From: Sulfurimonadaceae bacterium
GTDB lineage: Bacteria; Campylobacterota; Campylobacteria; Campylobacterales; Sulfurimonadaceae
Direction: 5' to 3'
DNA length: 20,124 nt
NCBI GenBank assembly: GCA_041562555.1
Contig: JBFEXS010000030.1
Span: 1 to 20,124, forward strand
In this document: piece after piece, positions 18,374 to 20,124 of the stretch
How positions within the stretch are numbered: the first letter of the stretch is position 1
Layout of the letters: every line of letters begins with the position of its first letter
Made by a program: the position numbers and the translations under genes
The notes under the pieces: model-generated
What the model was told of the DNA's origin: nothing
The model's database searches: none
The model's input: the letters and a program-made list of their open reading frames with translations, nothing else

Positions 18374-20124
18374 ATGAAACCTATTGCCCAGTTAGAGAAA
18401 GAGATAGATGTTTTAATTGATTCCAAAGATCGTATTTTGCAGCAGTGGGTTTCCTTTGATGAGGTGGATTCCATCTTGAAATCGCATGGGTTGCAACAGG
18501 AGTATTTTGTAGACACCTATGCCTCTGCAATTTTTAATTATTATGTAGGTGTTGTCAAAGGAGAGACACAGATTGGTGATTGTCCTGTGATGGCACAGTT
18601 CCTTGATTACTTAAAAGAGCATGATGTCTCTTCCTCCGAGCTTTTTTTGATCTGTACCCATTTTCGTAGATCGATGCTGGATGTTCTGTTTGATCTCGGG
18701 AGGATCAATAAGACACTGTTTGATGACGTCTCTTATGTCTTTGATCTGAACTTTTCCGGTGTATTGGATCAATATTCAGGCCGCATATATAAGGCTCAAC
18801 GGGAAACACAGAAACATAAACATCGTTTTGAAGCATACAATACGGCCATCGAGCATAGTGCTATCGTGTCCAAGAGTGATCCGAGGGGAAGGATCACCTA
18901 TGTCAATCCACTGTTTTCGAAAATTAGCGGGTATGCTCGGGAGGAATTGATCGGTATGAGCGCACGCGGGTTATGTGAAGATCATGAGACTGCGGCCCTT
19001 TGTGACGAGATATGGGAACAGTTGGGCAGGAAGAAGACATTTAACGGGGTGATCGCACACAAGTCAAAGCGGGGTGATATATACTATACGGAATCGACGA
19101 TAGTCCCTATGTTGGATTTAAACGGACGCATAGAAGAGTATCTGTCGATTGCCTATGATGTGACCGAACTTATTCGTTCACGGGATACTGCTCTGCAGGC
19201 CGAGAAGATCAAAGATCAGTTTTTGGCAAATATGTCCCATGAGATCCGTACACCTCTGAATGCTATCCTGGGATTCGTAAGCGTATTGCGAAAGCGGATC
19301 ACAGACAGCGAGAATGCCCATTATCTGGATGTGATCGACAGCAGTGGGAAGAATCTTTTGACCATCATCGGGGATATCTTGGATTTTGCCAAGATAAAAG
19401 AGGGAAAACTCCATATTGATCCCCATGAATTTGATCCAATGCAGGAGTTTGCAAACGTCTTGGAGCTGTTTAGTTCAAAGATGTTTGAAAAAAATATTGA
19501 GTATCTGACCTATATTGATCCCCGTTTGCCTGTTCATGTACAAGCCGATGCGGTCAGGATCAAACAGATCTTGAGTAACTTTTTGAGTAATGCGCTTAAG
19601 TTCACACCTGAACACGGGCAGATCTCAGTGACGATAAAGATGCTTGAAAACAATTTGGCTATCAGTGTAAAAGATAGCGGATGCGGCATTGACAAGGCCT
19701 CGATCGACCGTGTGTTTTCCGCCTTTGAGCAGGCGGAAGGCTCCACTACCAGAAAATATGGGGGAACAGGCCTGGGCTTGGCTATTTCGCACCGATTATG
19801 CAATATGATGGGTGGGAAGATAGAGGTTGAGAGTGACCTGGGAAAAGGGAGTCTGTTTCGTTTGACGATCCCCGTTAAAGCAGATGAACAGAGACATGAA
19901 TATGAGGCTTCAGATGTATATGTGCAAGCAAGTAAGCAGAAGTCCATGCATCTGCTCAAACGCTATCTTCAGGACATGGGGATGCATTTACGCAAGGCAC
20001 CTTCGCCCACATATGTCAATTTTTATGAGTATAAAGATACGGAAGAAACAAGGATAAGCCCTTATATCTTGGTGTGTTCCGGATACATGGAGGAGAAACA
20101 GGTATTGATCCCCTCACTGGATGC
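18374..20124 (+). CDS. Cytoplasmic PAS-domain sensor histidine kinase, probably hybrid; truncated by the window end
   Basis: Translated by hand (absent from the ORF track because it has no stop in the window). MKPIAQLEKE..., PAS SAIVSKSDPRGRITYVN...SGYAREELIG, H-box FLANMSHEIRTPLNAILG (about 19220-19273), N-box QILSNFLSNALKFT, G1 VKDSGCGI, G2 STTRKYGGTGLGLAI. Frame stays open for 583 codons to the edge. Confidence 0.93.
   Translation, partial: MKPIAQLEKEIDVLIDSKDRILQQWVSFDEVDSILKSHGLQQEYFVDTYASAIFNYYVGVVKGETQIGDCPVMAQFLDYLKEHDVSSSELFLICTHFRRSMLDVLFDLGRINKTLFDDVSYVFDLNFSGVLDQYSGRIYKAQRETQKHKHRFEAYNTAIEHSAIVSKSDPRGRITYVNPLFSKISGYAREELIGMSARGLCEDHETAALCDEIWEQLGRKKTFNGVIAHKSKRGDIYYTESTIVPMLDLNGRIEEYLSIAYDVTELIRSRDTALQAEKIKDQFLANMSHEIRTPLNAILGFVSVLRKRITDSENAHYLDVIDSSGKNLLTIIGDILDFAKIKEGKLHIDPHEFDPMQEFANVLELFSSKMFEKNIEYLTYIDPRLPVHVQADAVRIKQILSNFLSNALKFTPEHGQISVTIKMLENNLAISVKDSGCGIDKASIDRVFSAFEQAEGSTTRKYGGTGLGLAISHRLCNMMGGKIEVESDLGKGSLFRLTIPVKADEQRHEYEASDVYVQASKQKSMHLLKRYLQDMGMHLRKAPSPTYVNFYEYKDTEETRISPYILVCSGYMEEKQVLIPSLD

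Noticed and set aside
18289..18516. 75-aa Cys-rich minus-strand ORF
   Set aside because: It overlaps the start of the histidine kinase on the opposite strand and the divergent promoter gap; it is most likely spurious.

Overview
Chromosomal window from a Campylobacterota (epsilon-proteobacterial) genome; the genus cannot be determined here. It is dominated by a flagellin O-glycosylation island. At the left end, 15 perfect TCTAAAC repeats precede a sigma54-type promoter and a flagellin gene (215-1687, +). Converging on flagellin is a 12-gene minus-strand operon (15483-1994) with its own sigma54 promoter, in which every adjacent gene pair overlaps. It holds the pseudaminic acid pathway (pseB, pseC, pseF, a pseG-GNAT fusion, pseI), then a six-gene block not needed to make Pse5Ac7Ac, then a Maf flagellin glycosyltransferase. 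The six-gene block encodes a GT-B-like protein, a Gfo/Idh/MocA dehydrogenase, a second DegT aminotransferase, a second GNAT, a PseA/WbuX-type amidotransferase and an amidase-signature enzyme. This block is the best candidate for an undescribed system: a possible oxidise-aminate-acylate-amidinate tailoring route. Its amidotransferase is coupled to an amidase rather than the usual HisH/HisF-like pair. To the right lie a Deg2-like secreted protease, a nucleosidase-like gene and an SDR (minus strand). A divergent soluble PAS histidine kinase (18374 to the window end) was missed by the ORF track. All family calls come from motif recognition by eye; no database searches were run.
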